A model generated the notes under the pieces. It saw only the letters and a list, made by a program, of their open reading frames with translations. It made no database searches and was not told where the DNA came from. DNA of 64,000 bases from positions 16,634,762 through 16,698,761 of the forward strand of contig NC_092378.1 in NCBI RefSeq assembly GCF_030028105.1, read 5' to 3'. This stretch comes from Mobula birostris (taxonomy: Eukaryota). Of this stretch, positions 36,910 through 50,280 are shown in pieces; position 1 is the first letter of the stretch; each line of letters starts with the position of its first letter. Made by a program: the position numbers and the translations under genes.

Positions 36910-39769
36910 CCAACCCTTAAAGGGAACATTGATTGTAGGATACTTTCTGTGATGCATCAATAAAAGTTTGTGAGGGTCAAATTTCTTTGGTATCCTGAGG
37001 AGTAGTGGCGCTGGTGAGCTTTCTTGGCGGTGATGTCAACATGATTGCACCAGGACAGACTATTATTGCTGATATTCGCTCCTAGGAACTTGAAGATCTT
37101 AGTCCTTTTGACTTCAGCACTGTTGATGTAAATAGAAAAGTGTGCACTGCTCCCCTTCCTGAAGTCAACGACCAGCTCTTTTGTTTTGCTAATATATAGG
37201 TAAGGTTGTTGTCAAGACACCATGTCATTATGCTCTCTATCTACTCCCTGTAGACCACCTCATTTTTATTTGTAATATGGCCCATTGTGGTGGTATCATC
37301 TGTAAAAGTGTACATAACACGATGCAGCCAAACAAGTTATCAATCACAGAAACCAAAGTTGGAGTAATGGATTCCAGTCCACCCTGTTTTTCTTCTATGT
37401 TTCTTCTTGATATTCCTTACCCCATTCCTGATAAGCCAGAACCGCTCTCTACATTTATACCCTTTTCTCCAACTTGGATAACTTCACATGCATATGATAT
37501 TTCTTCAGATATCCTTTTAACACAAATGGTCTAAAAGTGTTTTGGAGACATGAACCTCAGCTAAGGCCTGTAAATGTTGTGTTTTTAACTTCAAGCTGAT
37601 TACTGTTTTCCATTTACATTTTAGGAACTGAAGACTGACTCCCATTTATGATCAGAAAGTACACAATACATATAATTGGAAGTTTATTTACATCTGTGTT
37701 TGATCCTATAAGTGGCAGATGCTATGTTTAGAAAGCGGACATTAGCAAACATAAGCCAGGAAGCGAATATCTATCACCACTCCCTGCCCACTCCCCGCGA
37801 AGAGAAGATTTCTAACCCAACTTCTTCTTTCCGATATCAACTTTGAGGTCAAGGCTCCTGCCAAGACTCCTTCTAGGAAAACACTATCACTCCACCATCA
37901 ATTCTAGTAGGTTACCAGAGCTAGAAAGAGCTCCCTTCACTCTGAAGCTCAAATATCTCAATGTAAGAGTTCCTGTGTGATTTTGTCTTTAGAGTATCCA
38001 CTTCTTCAATCTCATCTGCACACACCTCTCAAACCTTAAAGGAATATCACCATTATAATTTTCTATAAACACGCAACAACCACACATCGATGTCCATGTT
38101 ATAAATCCATATTAGTCCGTCTTTAAAATCATCTTCCCCGCAAACATTTCTTGCCATTTCCCCAAGCAAATTTGAATCACTGTCTCTGTCGCCATAGTTC
38201 ATCAGGTGAGCTGGCTCTCAATAAGCTGAAGGTAGTTCATCTCTTTCACAGGGCTGTTCGTGTTGCTTTCGATGCGATGCACAACTTTACTCAGTTTTCC
38301 TGAAAATGAGTTGAAGCATCAACTGTTCGTTCTTTTCCATGGATGCTGCCTGGCCTGTGGACTTCCTCTATCATTTTGTGTGTGCAGCTTTGGATTTCCA
38401 GCATCTGCAGAATTTTTCATGTTCCGTACAGTATATAACTGTTCAGGTCTTTATGCTTTACTTTAGAGAGTTGTAAAGCACTACAGCACAGAAAAAGGCC
38501 CTTTAGCCCATCCAGTATCATTTGTTGTTTTTATTATTTGCACGACTTGTCCTCTTTTGCACATTTGGTGTTTGCGAATCTTTGTTGCATGTGGTTTTTC
38601 AGGGATTCTATTGTATTTCTTTATGTTCCTGTGAATGCCTGCAAGAAACAATCTCAACGTCGTATATGGTATACCTACATTGATAATAAACTTATTTTGA
38701 ACTTTAACAGAGAACTCTTCACACATACCTCAGGTCAAAATAGTACATGAAGCACAGATGAAGTCCCTGAAGCCCAGTGTCGAAGTTGGTGCAGATGGTA
38801 TCTGTGATTAGAAAATTAAGTTGGACAGACATGGACTGAAGAGGAGTAAGGCCACTTACTCCTTTCCTTGATAAATTAAAATTGATAAATGCAGTTTTCC
38901 CCTTTTGCTTTCTTGACTGCAAGGCAACATAGCTCAGTTCTGATCATTTACACCTTTCCACATCCAGAATTCGCTAATGAGAGCATTTAACATGTGGGAA
39001 TGTAAATGCGAGGTGAGAGTAAAGTACATTATGTTCGCAGTAGTCCTGAAAAGGAAAAGGTGATATGAGAGTTGTAAAAACCTACAAATCTCTCGATTGA
39101 ACACAGGCAGCAGAGTAGCATTTCACTCTGCTGTCAGACATATGATTCACTGTCAATCTGCCCACAAGTTTCAAGAAAGTGCTTCAGTTGTACCATTGAA
39201 ATGAGGTAAACACCACAAGGATGAGACCTAGAATTTAAGATGTACAGAACCTCTTAATTGCCAAATTCCGTTCTGGTAGATTAAAATAAATCTCCAGGAT
39301 TGAAAGGGAAAAATATTCAAGACACATTTACACATTCATCAGTTTGTAGGGTAGTGAAGAAACATAGTGAAGAAGGTACTCGACTGGCAGTTTTAGCTCT
39401 AGACCACTGATCCAGAGACACAAATTCAATTTCTACCAAGGAAGCTGGTAGTTTAAATATAGAATTTAAAAGGTTAACCACTGCAGCAGCAGCCTTGAAA
39501 ATACTGTAATGTCATTAAAACACAACTGGTTTTCCAATGTACTTCAGGAAACAAAATCTAATACCCTACATAGTGATTATAGAGTAGAGTTGAGGTGATA
39601 CTGAATGGAGACCTTTAACACACCTTGTCAATGCTGACCACTGGGTACCTAATTACATTAATCCAATTTCCCAGCACTTAGTCCTTGGCCTACTTATCCT
39701 GCAGTGTTTCATTAGATCATCTAAATACTTAAACACTGTGAAAGTACTTGTCTTTACCATTCCCTAATT

Positions 39770-40910
39770 TCAAAGTTCAATGTAGATTTATTAGAGCACA
39801 CAGCACATATATGTCACCATATACAACCCTGAAATTCGTTTTCTTTTGGACAATCAGAGTAAGGAGCACAATAAAATACAAGAATCAATGAAAGACCACA
39901 CCAATAGGATGGACGACAACCAATTTGCAAAAAAAAACCATAAACTGTTCAAATACATAAAGAAAGAGAAAAAAGAAATAATAATAAAAAATAAACAATA
40001 CATATCGAGAACAAGAGATGAAGAGTCCCTGAAAGCAAGTCCATAGTTTGTGGGAACAGTTCAGTGATGGAGCAAGTGAAGAGGAGTGAAGTTATCCCCT
40101 CTGGTTCAGGAGCCTGATGGTTGAGGGGTAATAACTGTTCCTGGTGGTGCAGGTCCTGAGAATCCTGTATTTTCTTCCTAATGGCAACAGCAAGAAGAGA
40201 GTATGGCTTGGATGGTCCTTGTTGATGGACGCTGCTTTCCTGTGATCCACTCCATGTAGATATGTTCAATGGGTGGAGGACTTTACCCACGATGAACTGG
40301 TTTGCATCCAATACTTTTTGTAGGCTTTTCTGCACAAAGACATTGGTGTTTCCATGCCAGGCAACCAACCAATTAATATACTCTCCACCACACATCTATA
40401 GAAGTTTGTCAAAGTTTTAGATGGCAGGCCAAATCTTCCCAAACATCTAAGAAATAGAGGTGCTGCCTGCTTTCTTCGTAATGGCACCTATGTGCTGGAT
40501 CCAGGACAGATCCTCTGAAATTATAATACAAAGGAATTTAAAGTTGCTGACCCTTCCCACTTCCAATAACCTGATGAGGACTGGCTCAGCAACCTCCGGT
40601 TTCCTCTTCCTGAAGTCAATAAGCATCTCCTTGGTCTTGTTGACCTTGAGTGAGGTGTTGGTATTGTGGCACCACTCAGCCTGATTTCCAGTCTCCCTCT
40701 GATATGCTGATTCGTCTCCACCTTTGATTCGGACAACGGCAGTGATGTTGTCAGCAAGCTTCAATATGGAATTGGGGCTGTGCTTAGCCACGCAGACATA
40801 AGTGTAAAGTGAGTAGAGCAGGGGGCTAAGCACACAGCCTTGTGGTTCACCTGTACAGATGGAGATTGTGGAGGAGATGGTGTTGTAATCAAAACTGACT
40901 GGGATCTGCA
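39770..40910 (-). mobile_element. Rex/Babar-type LINE 3' half
   Basis: [32 protein letters not shown]. Confidence 0.85.
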
Positions 40911-41819
40911 AGTGGTGGCGAAGGCAGAAGCAACAGGGTCTTTTAAGAGACTCCAGGATAGGTACATGGAGCTTAGAAAAATAGAGGGCTATTGTTAACC
41001 CTAGGTAATTTCTAAGGTAAGGACATGTTCGGTACAGATTTGTGGGCCGAAGGGCCTGTATTGTGCTGTAGGTTTTCTATGTTTCTAGATACTTCCTGAC
41101 CTGCTGTGTTCCTCTGGCACTGTGTGTGTGTGTGTGTGTGTAGGTGCGTGGCTGCAGATTTCCAGCTTCTGCAGAATCTCATTTGTCTACCACGTCTCCC
41201 CTATTGTACCAACTAATCAATAGCTTTACTTAGCCCAAGACTATCTTCCTGGTTGTCAGCAACATCAACAACCTTTATGCTATTTGGTCTAGTTCAAGCC
41301 ACAGTGTTACTCCTGTACTTGTCTCTTCAGTTCAGAGGCAATTATGACAGGACACGAATGATGACAAGGCCATTAATAGCCAAATCCCATCAGGAAACAC
41401 GTGGTACAAACATTTCAGAAGTAAAATAAATGGTGTTTGCCGCAAAAATAGCAAACTCTAAGCACTGAGTTAGACATGAGATGTAGTTCATTTCAACAGT
41501 GCTCATATTTATTTGGCTATGTCCTCGAAATCTCCCGATAAACATCTTCTACTTTCCATTTTTTATACCTCAACAATTAGCTCCGCATCTCACTCCCAAT
41601 CTTTACTCACGGAGGAAATAGTGAACAATGTGGTAGAGTCAAAACACAAACACGGGGAAATCTGCAGATGCTGGAAATTCAATAAGGAGGTAAAAGCGCT
41701 CTAATCTGTATTCGCCCACGGAGGCACATGTATTTTCTTGATACTTAGGTGTTTTATTCGATGCTGAAACACATGATTGTGTCCATTCGCACCGTTGTGA
41801 AACGTTTCCAGTATTCTGG

Positions 41820-42035
41820 TTGGATGGAAGCCCAGCCACACGCACGGAGTTTCCCGGTGTCCCCCGTGAACGCAGCGAGTCCACGTACTGCGGCGGAAAA
41901 TCCCTGAAACCAAAGCTGATGGAGGAAACGTCGGAGGACTTCCGCTACTTTCTTGGAAAGCTCTGTAGCTATGCAAATTTCCTTGGTTACGTGCATCGAA
42001 AAAAACACTTTGTTTTTTATATGCAAATTATATAG
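41820..42035. promoter_or_regulatory. Candidate immune enhancer or promoter (CpG-rich TF-site cluster)
   Basis: Perfect kB sites GGGAAACTCC (41846-41855, -) and GGGATTTTCC (41895-41904, -), GAS TTCTTGGAA (41950-41958), octamers ATGCAAAT (41971-41978 and 42021-42028), ETS CGGAAGT (~41938-41944, -), XRE core TGCGTG (41839-41844, -). Confidence 0.6.
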
Positions 42036-43301
42036 GTAAGCATCAGTTCTCGGCATTATAGGATGCACGTGCACAGAAATCTGCAAATATGCACTTTAAA
42101 CACCCCCCCCCATGATGCATTGTCTTATTTTTTTTAATCAGAGTGGCTTCAATTAGTCCTGCAATAAAATGTCAAATTCTGTTTCAGATCTCGATATGAA
42201 ACACAGGAGATTCCCGATTTCCCGATATAAAACACGAGATTCTCTTCACAATAGAGACAAGATATCCGGAGTAACATACACTCACAACGCTGGAGGAACT
42301 CAGCAGGCAGCATCTACGGGCGGGGGTCGATCGAGACTCGTTATAAAGGAGGGAGATTATCTATGCTGCATTAACTGCTGATCAGCAAGGAAATCAGGGA
42401 AGCTAGATCTCCACATCAGTTCTGTCCACCATTCCTCGGCTGCTTTGGAGGGAGTTATTGAAAAAAGATTTTAATAGCTCCTGTCAAGTGTAAATGGCAG
42501 CAAAACAACCATCTGTGGAGCTCTTTGCAGCTGATGGATGTTATTAGTGCACGGGACTCGGTAGCCTTCTTAACTGCTAATGCATTTTTTGGGTGCAATC
42601 CACATTTTGCTTTAAGAATTAAATCCATGTCGAAAAGAAAGTTCAATCCGAAAGTGGTAACATCAAGCTGACGTTAACGGTTAGCTCTTATACGTATAGA
42701 TGACAAAGTTACTGTTTTTATAAGTTACACTACTCTGTTAACTTCTCAGACAGCAAATATTCTCACTATATTGTATGTAAAGTTAAAGTTAGATTACACT
42801 TTTTATAGCAATAATTTTACTGTAAGGTTTTAGCAACTAGCTAACAATTTCAGTTCGCAAAATGAACAGACACAGAACAAAGAATGTAATTAAGGATTAA
42901 GAAAAACGGAGAATTTTTTTTAATGATGTGAGCCTGCATGGTGTTAGTGATCAGACGTGAATCACTGAATGTTAACATGCAGAAACAGTGAGCAATTAGG
43001 TTGATGTGTCGAAAGCTAGAGGGCACTGGTTTACAGAAGAGCTGTAACAAGGATTGAGTGATTTTTTTTCATACAAAGATGATGGCTGCAGGAAAAGTAG
43101 CAACATTTAAGAGAGATCTTGACAGATATTTGAATGAGCATGGCATAGATGGATATGGAATAAATGTAGCCATGGTGGATTAGTATAGGCGGTTGGCATA
43201 GTCACAATGAAATAATAGGCCTCCTTCTACACTGTCCAACTCTAAGAGTCCATTATAAATTGTATATTTGGATGTATTGTAAGAGGATTTAATTGTAAGA
43301 G

Positions 43302-44481
43302 TGTCAGAGCACTGGAGCAGGGATCCAATCGCAGACCCAGTACTATGACACAGCGATATTAATTGAGTAACAAATCTAGAGGTGCAAACAAAGTTGGCGT
43401 CAAAGTTCAGGCAGCGATCAAAACATCCAGAGAAATCCAAAGACCAGAATCGAGAAACAGGCAGAGTCAATATTCAGATGGACAGAGTACAGATACCAAT
43501 GCTGGAAAGGCTCAGGAAAATTCACAGGCACAATCTGGCAACAAACAGTTGAAAACACAGGACTAAAATACACTGAGCGATAAACAGAGAGGCAGGTGAT
43601 AGGTGGAGCATGATAGATAGATAGATATACTTTATTGATCCCGAGGGAAATTGGGTTTCGTTACAGCTGCACCAACCAAGAACAGAGAATAAATATAGCA
43701 ATACAAAAACCACAATCAAACAACAATATGCAAACTATGCCAGAACCAGCCTATTGGCTCAGGGTGTCTGACCCTCCACGGGAGGAGCTGCAAAGTTCGA
43801 TGGCCACAGGCAGGAACAACCTCCCATGACGCCCAGTGTTGTATCTCGGTGGAATATGGCCGGAGTCCAACAGCAAAAAGTTCAATATCTGGTCTAGAAA
43901 CACGTTCCTTGATCGTAATATGACCAAGATTGCACCATCCATTGTTAACCAGAACAGTAAGCCCCCAACTCCTTTACGCTTACCGCTCTCAGTGCACTTC
44001 CAGTCAGCCCGAACGGTCTGGAAGCCCTCCATGGAAAAGTTTTGGTCGGGTATGTCCTCGTGCAGCCCCATTTCAGTAAAACACGTAACACTGCGCTCCC
44101 GAAACGTTCTCTGACGCCTGGCTAGCGCCGTCAACTCGTCCATTTTATTACCCACAGAACTCCTCTTCTCCAGAAGTCTCTGTTGTCTCGACCCGGTCCT
44201 CTTTCCTCGCCATTGTGATCCCCCTCTGCATCCTCTGTGAGTTTTCCTCCGGATTTCAGCAGAGGTGTCCGCCGCTCTGCTCGCTAAACCAGCCAGCAAT
44301 GAGACAGAAATGGTAGCTAAACAGGTAATAATGTGAAACAGGTGAGAGGTGGAGTACTCAGTAATACAGGGGCCGGAGTAGAGCAGGAGCGGGGACAGGA
44401 GCGCATGGCAATACAAAACCACAGACTGACGGCTAGGGGGAAAACACACAAAAAGACAAAGTTCAACTGGAGGTACTAACA
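43302..44481 (-). mobile_element. Solo LTR interrupted by a LINE-derived insertion
   Basis: TGTCAG...CTAACA termini with a perfect 5-bp TSD AAGAG (43297-43301 / 44482-44486). Confidence 0.75.
43612..44300 (-). mobile_element. Internally deleted (bipartite) Rex/Babar-type LINE
   Basis: The APE-endonuclease N-terminus (NKMDELTAL...CFTE...EGFQTVRADW) is joined directly to the 3' end (FLPVAIELCSSSRGGSDTLSQ*), which is shared with 22075-22320; (TATC)n tail. Confidence 0.75.
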
Positions 44482-44573
44482 AAGAGTCAGAATGTCTTGC
44501 TCCAATTATATAGGAAACTGGCATGCCTCATCTGGAAAATTGTTTATAGACTTGATCTTCCTGCATAAGAAAG

Positions 44574-44884
44574 TGTAGGAGCCATGTATCTGTTCTCTAT
44601 CTGCATTGTATTCTGTGTTGTGCATTTATTATGTTTATTATGGTAACTAATCACATGAGTGGGGGTGTGGTAAAAACTAAGGGAATAAGTTACGCCTTCA
44701 TGCTTTGTACTAGGCGGTTTGTAGCTTGGGACCAGCGATGTCGTATCTTTCGCTGACTGCTCAATGTCACTCAATAACATTCAATTATGCTGTGCTTACA
44801 CTTGGACTTGCTTAAGTTTCATTGCTTCAAGATTGTATGTTTGCTAATTGTTAATAAAAGGTTGAATAAAGGATCCAACATTTG
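44574..44884 (+). mobile_element. LTR fragment, same family as 1074-1480
   Basis: TGTAGGAGCCATG(C/T)ATCTG...CTTCAAGATTGTATGTTT...AATAAAGGATC shared with the 1.1-1.4 kb copy. Confidence 0.65.
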
Positions 44885-45849
44885 CAGCAATCTTTGCAGC
44901 TGCGGGTGCGTCATGCAAGTATAACAACTCTGTAGGTTTGCAGGCAGTGGCAAATGTTTTGCCACTACAAACAATATGATGAAGAGTTTGCAATAAAAAT
45001 TCATTTGGTTGATTCTTGGAATTGGACAGTTAGTTGTATGAGAAGGTTAAACAGACTGTGTGAGGAGATCAGTGTTTCAGGAACAGCTTCTTCTCCTCCG
45101 CCGTCAGATTTCTGAATGGATAATGAACACTTACTTACTTTTTTCTCCCTCTCTCTTTGTGCTACTTAATTAATTTATTTTCACATATATGCTTATTTTA
45201 ATTTATAGTTCATTATAATTATGTAATGCAACATACTGCTGCTGCAAAACAACAAATTTCTCGACATATGCCAGTGATATTAAACCTGATTCTGAAAGAA
45301 ACTTTGAAATTCTTGTATTTCAGAGTGAGAGTTGATGTCATTGAGACATAAGATTTTTTATGGGATTTGAGGGGAGAGATGCAGAATTCACGTTTTTCCT
45401 GGTTGGGTGTCTTAAGACAAAAGGTCACATTCTCAGGGCAGAGATCCAGGCTTCAGGGCAGAGATGAGAAGAAATCTCTTCACACACAAAACAATTCCCA
45501 ACCAAGAAGGTCGGTAGAGTCAGTTAGCCAGCATGTTCAGGATAGAAATAGATTTTTTTGGAATTTATTAAGAAAATCAAAGGGTGGGGAAAATTTAAGA
45601 GAGTGGCAGTGAAGTAAGGGATCAGTCATAATTTTTTGAATGGGAGAACAGGTAAAGGAGGCTGACTAGCCAATTGCTATTTCTAGTTCTTAAGTTCCTT
45701 CATCTTTATAAGCTTGCACAATTTATACAATTAATAGCTAAAGAAGGAAAAAGCTTTACTCTAGTATTAGCTGTATTTAATGTTGGAATAGCTGAAATAC
45801 TGTATGACAACTTTGTATTTTGAAATCTTCAGTCAAAGTCTGACATATA

Positions 45850-46995
45850 CACTTGGTGTATTAGATGCTCCTTTACACCTGCTCATTAACACGAATATCT
45901 AATCAGCAAATCATGTGGCGGCAACTCAATGCATAAAAGCATGCAGACATGGTCATGAGGTTCAGTTGTTCAGATCAAACATCAGAATGGGGAGGAAATG
46001 TGATCTAAGTGACAGTGGAATGATTTCTTGGTGTTAGACAGGGTGGTTGGAGTACCTCAGAAACTGCTGAAATCCTGGGATTTTCATGCACAATATGATT
46101 ATGAGGACGCACAGTCCCCTTTTATTGTCATTTAGTAATGCATGCATTAAGAAATGATAAAATGTTTTTCCAGAATGATATCACGAAAACACACGACAAA
46201 CCGACTTAAAAGCTAACAAAAACCACATAATTATAACATATAATTACAACAGTGCAAAGCAATACCGTAATTTGATAAGAACAGACCATGGCACAGTAAA
46301 AGTCTCTCGAAAGTCCCATCATCTCACGCAGACGGTAAACATCCAGCGCTGCCAACTTGCTGGTGCAGCATCCTGGAAGCATCCAACCACAGTCCGACTC
46401 CGAGTCCATCCAAAATACTCCGAGCCTCCGACCACCTCCTGACACTGCGCACCATCTCTGCCGAGCGTTTCAACCCCGGCCCCAGCAACAGGTGATACAC
46501 AAAGCTGAGGATTTGGGGCCTTCGTCTCCAGAGATTCTCGATCGCACAGTAGCAACGGCAGCAAAGCAGGCATTTCAGAAGTTACTCCAGATGTTCCTCT
46601 GTGCTTCTCACAGCTGTCTCCATCAAATCCGGATTGTGCACGGCACCCCTAGTTACACATATCGATATCATTCAGAACGGCTGCGCGCGCTGCATCGCAC
46701 CACCATCTTCTCCTCCCTCCCTACTATAGTCCTAGAGGTTATAGAGAATGGTGGAGAAAACAAAAGACATTCAAGTGAGTGGCAGTTGTATGAACGAAAA
46801 AGCCTTGTTAATGAGAGAGGTCAGAGGAGAATGGCCAGAGTGTTCAACCTGACAAGAAGGCAACAGTAACGAAAAATAACACAAAACACATCAAACCTTG
46901 AAGCATATGGACTACAGCAGTAGAAGAGCACAAGCATTTACTCATTGGCCACTTTATTAGGTATGGGAGGTACCTAATTAAATGGCCACTGAGAG
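45850..46995 (+). mobile_element. Non-autonomous Tc1-like transposon, interrupted by a retroelement at 46097-46721
   Basis: TA flanks, 3' TIR ...AATGGCCACTGAGAG, transposase N-terminal remnant (G-x-S-x-SETAEILGFS...RVYREW; LVNERGQRRMAR). Confidence 0.75.
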
Positions 46996-47814
46996 TATCT
47001 TTGCATCTGGTTAAATAGGTTAATTATATGGAGCTATAAACTAAGATCCCCTGCATTAATGTTGAATGACTATATTTGTATTTAAAAGTATTCTAAATTT
47101 TGACCATGTAAAAAGGTGAAGCTTTATCCAAATTTATTGCAAAATTGAGACACACCCACATCAATCTGATACCAATTTCAATAAATTAACTAGCAATTAC
47201 CTTTTAACACTGCACACACTTCTGAATTTCCTGAAAGCATGTCCTTTGGCTTCACAATTCTAAAAGATCCAATTCATGTCCTTCTTCATCATCTCACACC
47301 AATTTCATGCTGACTGAAAAGGTAGCAACATTTATGATACCATCTTCTATTGTATCATTGCATTTTAGTGTGGCTTTTGGTGATGAGATAGATCTTTCTG
47401 TTGTGCATTGGCAATATTCTCATCCTGAATCTAGGAATAGACATTTCATTGCCACAGAATATTCTCTACACATGACCTATTTGTTTGGTCATAGCAATAA
47501 TTCCGTTGACCATATATATAACAACTACATTTAACATTGAGATGTTTCAGACTTCATTAAATTTTATTGGATTTTTTTAGTGATGCCGACAAAAACAATG
47601 CTCTTTGAAATACATGTCATGATAGATGACGATTAATCTGTTTGATGTTAGCAAAATAAAACTCATTTGATATAAATAAAAGCTTGGCTCTTTCCCATCA
47701 AAAGCACAAAAACTAAAAAAAAGTTCTTATTTTATTGATGTAAACACCGATATTATTTTGAATGACCTTGTCCTGGTTAATTGGTCTCTTTAATCTATAC
47801 CTTGTAAAGCCCAG

Positions 47815-49150
47815 AGCTTTTGTGCAGGGGATATGAAGAGTCTGCAGAGGGATATAGATAGGCTAAGTGAGTGGGCAAGGGTCTGGCAGATGGAGTACAA
47901 TGTTGGTAAATGTGAGGTCATCCACTTTGGAAGGGAAAATGGAAGATTAGATTACTATCTAAATGGTAAATGATTGCAGCACGCTGCTGTGCAGAAGGAC
48001 TAGGGCGTGCTTGTGCATGAATCACAAACGGTTGGTTTGCAGGTGCAGCAGGCTATCAAAAATGAAATGGAATGTTGGCCTTCATTGCTAGAGGGATTGA
48101 ATTTAAGAGCAGGGAGGTTATGCTGCAACTGTATAGGGTACTGGTGAGGCTGCAACTGGAGTACTGTGTGCAGTTCCGGTCTCCTTACTTGGGGAAGGAT
48201 ATACTGGCTTTGGAGGTGGTGCAGAGGAGGTTCACCAGGTTGATTCCAGAAATGAGGGGGTTAGAAAATGAGGAGAGATGGAGTCGCCTAGGACTGTACT
48301 CGCTGAAATTTAGAAGGATGAGAGGAGATCTTATAGAAACATATAAAATTATGGAAGGGCTAGATAAGATAGAGGCAGGAAAGTTGTTTCCACTCACAAC
48401 ACGCTGGAGGAACTCAGCAGGTCGGGCAGCATCCGTGAAAACGATCAGTCAACGTTTTGGGCCGGAACCCTTCATCAGGACTGAAGACGGAAGGGGCAGA
48501 GGCCCTATAAAGAAGGTGGGGAGAGGGTGGGAAGGAGAAGGCTGGTAAGTTCCAGGTGAAGAACCAGTAAGGGGAAAGATAAAGGGGTGGGGGAAGGGGA
48601 AGCAGGGAGGGGATAGGCAGGAAAGGTGAAGAAGGAATAGGGGAAAGCACAATGGGTAGTGGAAGGAGGTGGAACCATGAGGGAAGTAGTAGGCAGCTGG
48701 GGGAGGGGGCAGAGAGAAACTGGGATAGGGGAAAGGAGGGGGAGGGAAATTACCAGAAGTTGGAGAATTCAATGTTCATACCAAGGAGCTGGAGACTACC
48801 TAGACGGTATATGAGGTGTTGCTCCTCTAGTAGGTGAGACTAGAACTAGGGGACATAGACTCAAGATTCGGGTGTGTAAATTTAGGACAGAGGTGAAGAG
48901 GAATAGCTTTTCCCAAAGAGTGGTGAATCTGTGGAATTCTCTGTCCAATGAAGCAGTGGAGGCTACCTCAGTTAGTATATTTAAGACAAGGCAGGATAGA
49001 TTTGTGCACAGTAAGGGAATTAAGGTTATGGGGAAAAGGCAGGAAGGTGGGGATGAATCCACGACAAATCAGCCATAATATTATTGAATGGCGGAGCAGG
49101 CTCGACGGGCCAGATGGTCTACTCCTGCTCCTATTTCTTATGTTCCTATG
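47815..49150 (+). mobile_element. CR1-type LINE 3' part, interrupted by a Penelope fragment (48395-48828, -)
   Basis: MLAFIARGIEFKSREVMLQLYRVLVRLQLEYCVQF...RRMRGDLIETYKIM; CR1 sequence resumes after the insert. Confidence 0.85.
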
Positions 49151-49704
49151 TTTTGATACAATCACTGAGTAATCTTCAATATTAAATCTGCAATCCTCAG
49201 CTCTCAAAGTTCCTTCACTTTTGACATAAAGGAAAAGCATTAGTTTTCATCACTTTTCTTCTTATCACAAGCTTTGATTGTACTGTAGGGTTACTTAGTG
49301 AAATCAATACCTTAAAAACATAATTACTTGCTTTAAAATTCAATGGACAATACAGATTGAAAATGGAAAGTAATGAAGCAACAGGAATTAATTGATTGAA
49401 GATCTGTACTACAGCTCAATAGCTCCCTCAAAAAGGCATTTTTGAAACTACATCAAGATGAATTCAAAACGGCAAAATACTGTATATATTAATAGGAGAT
49501 AAAATTACTATTTTTAGTGAGGTATTTAACTCTGAAGATTAAAGTAGCTACAAATGTAATCACACTCACTTATTTACAATTTTGCATTAATCACTGTGCA
49601 GCAATTTACCAATGTTACCCGAGCATTCACTTACTCATCTGGACCGGTACAGTACAACCCAGGTTTAACCCAGGTGTCAGAGGACCACTTTAACCCACAT
49701 TAAG

Positions 49705-50280
49705 TAGAGTTCAGAGTAAATCTATTATCAAAGTACACACTGTATATGCCACCATATACAACCCTGAGATTCGTTTTCTTGTGGGCATACTCAGAAAATC
49801 CAAGAAACGTGACGGAGTCAATGAAAGACCGTACCCAACTGGATGGACAAATAACCAATGTGCAAAGGACAGCAAACAGTGTGAATACTGAAGAGAAAAA
49901 GAAATAATTAATATTAAATAAATAAGCAATAAATATTGAGAACATGTGATGAAGAGTCCTTGAAAGGGTGTCCAAGGGTTGTGGGAACAATTCAGTGATG
50001 AGGCAAAGTTCTGGTAATAGGACCCTGCTGGTTATGGGGTAATTGCTATTCCTGAACCTGGTGGCGCGAGTCCTGAGGCTTCTGTACTTTCTTCCTGACG
50101 GCAGCAGCAAGAAGGGAATATGGCCAGGGCGACGGGGGTCCTTGATGGCGGATGCTGCTTTCCTGCGACAGTGCTCTGAGTAGATGTGCTCAATAGTGTG
50201 GAGGGCTTTTTCCATGATGGGCTAAAACATATCCATCACTTTTTGTAGGATTCTTAGTTCAAGGGCTCTGGTGTTCCCCT
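49705..50280 (-). mobile_element. Rex/Babar-type LINE 3' end
   Basis: CRRKAASAIKDPRRPGHIPFLLLPSGRKYRSLRTR. Confidence 0.8.

Noticed and set aside
37900-38300. Minus-strand coding exon after the acceptor-like site near 38300
   Set aside because: All frames are interrupted by stops within about 50 codons; at most it is non-coding.
41639-42086. Several 70-110 aa ORFs over the CpG-rich segment
   Set aside because: No recognisable homology; the ORFs are a by-product of higher GC, and a regulatory interpretation fits better.
43751-44524. 257-aa ORF as a novel gene
   Set aside because: It is a chimera of LTR sequence, a LINE endonuclease N-terminus and a LINE 3' end.
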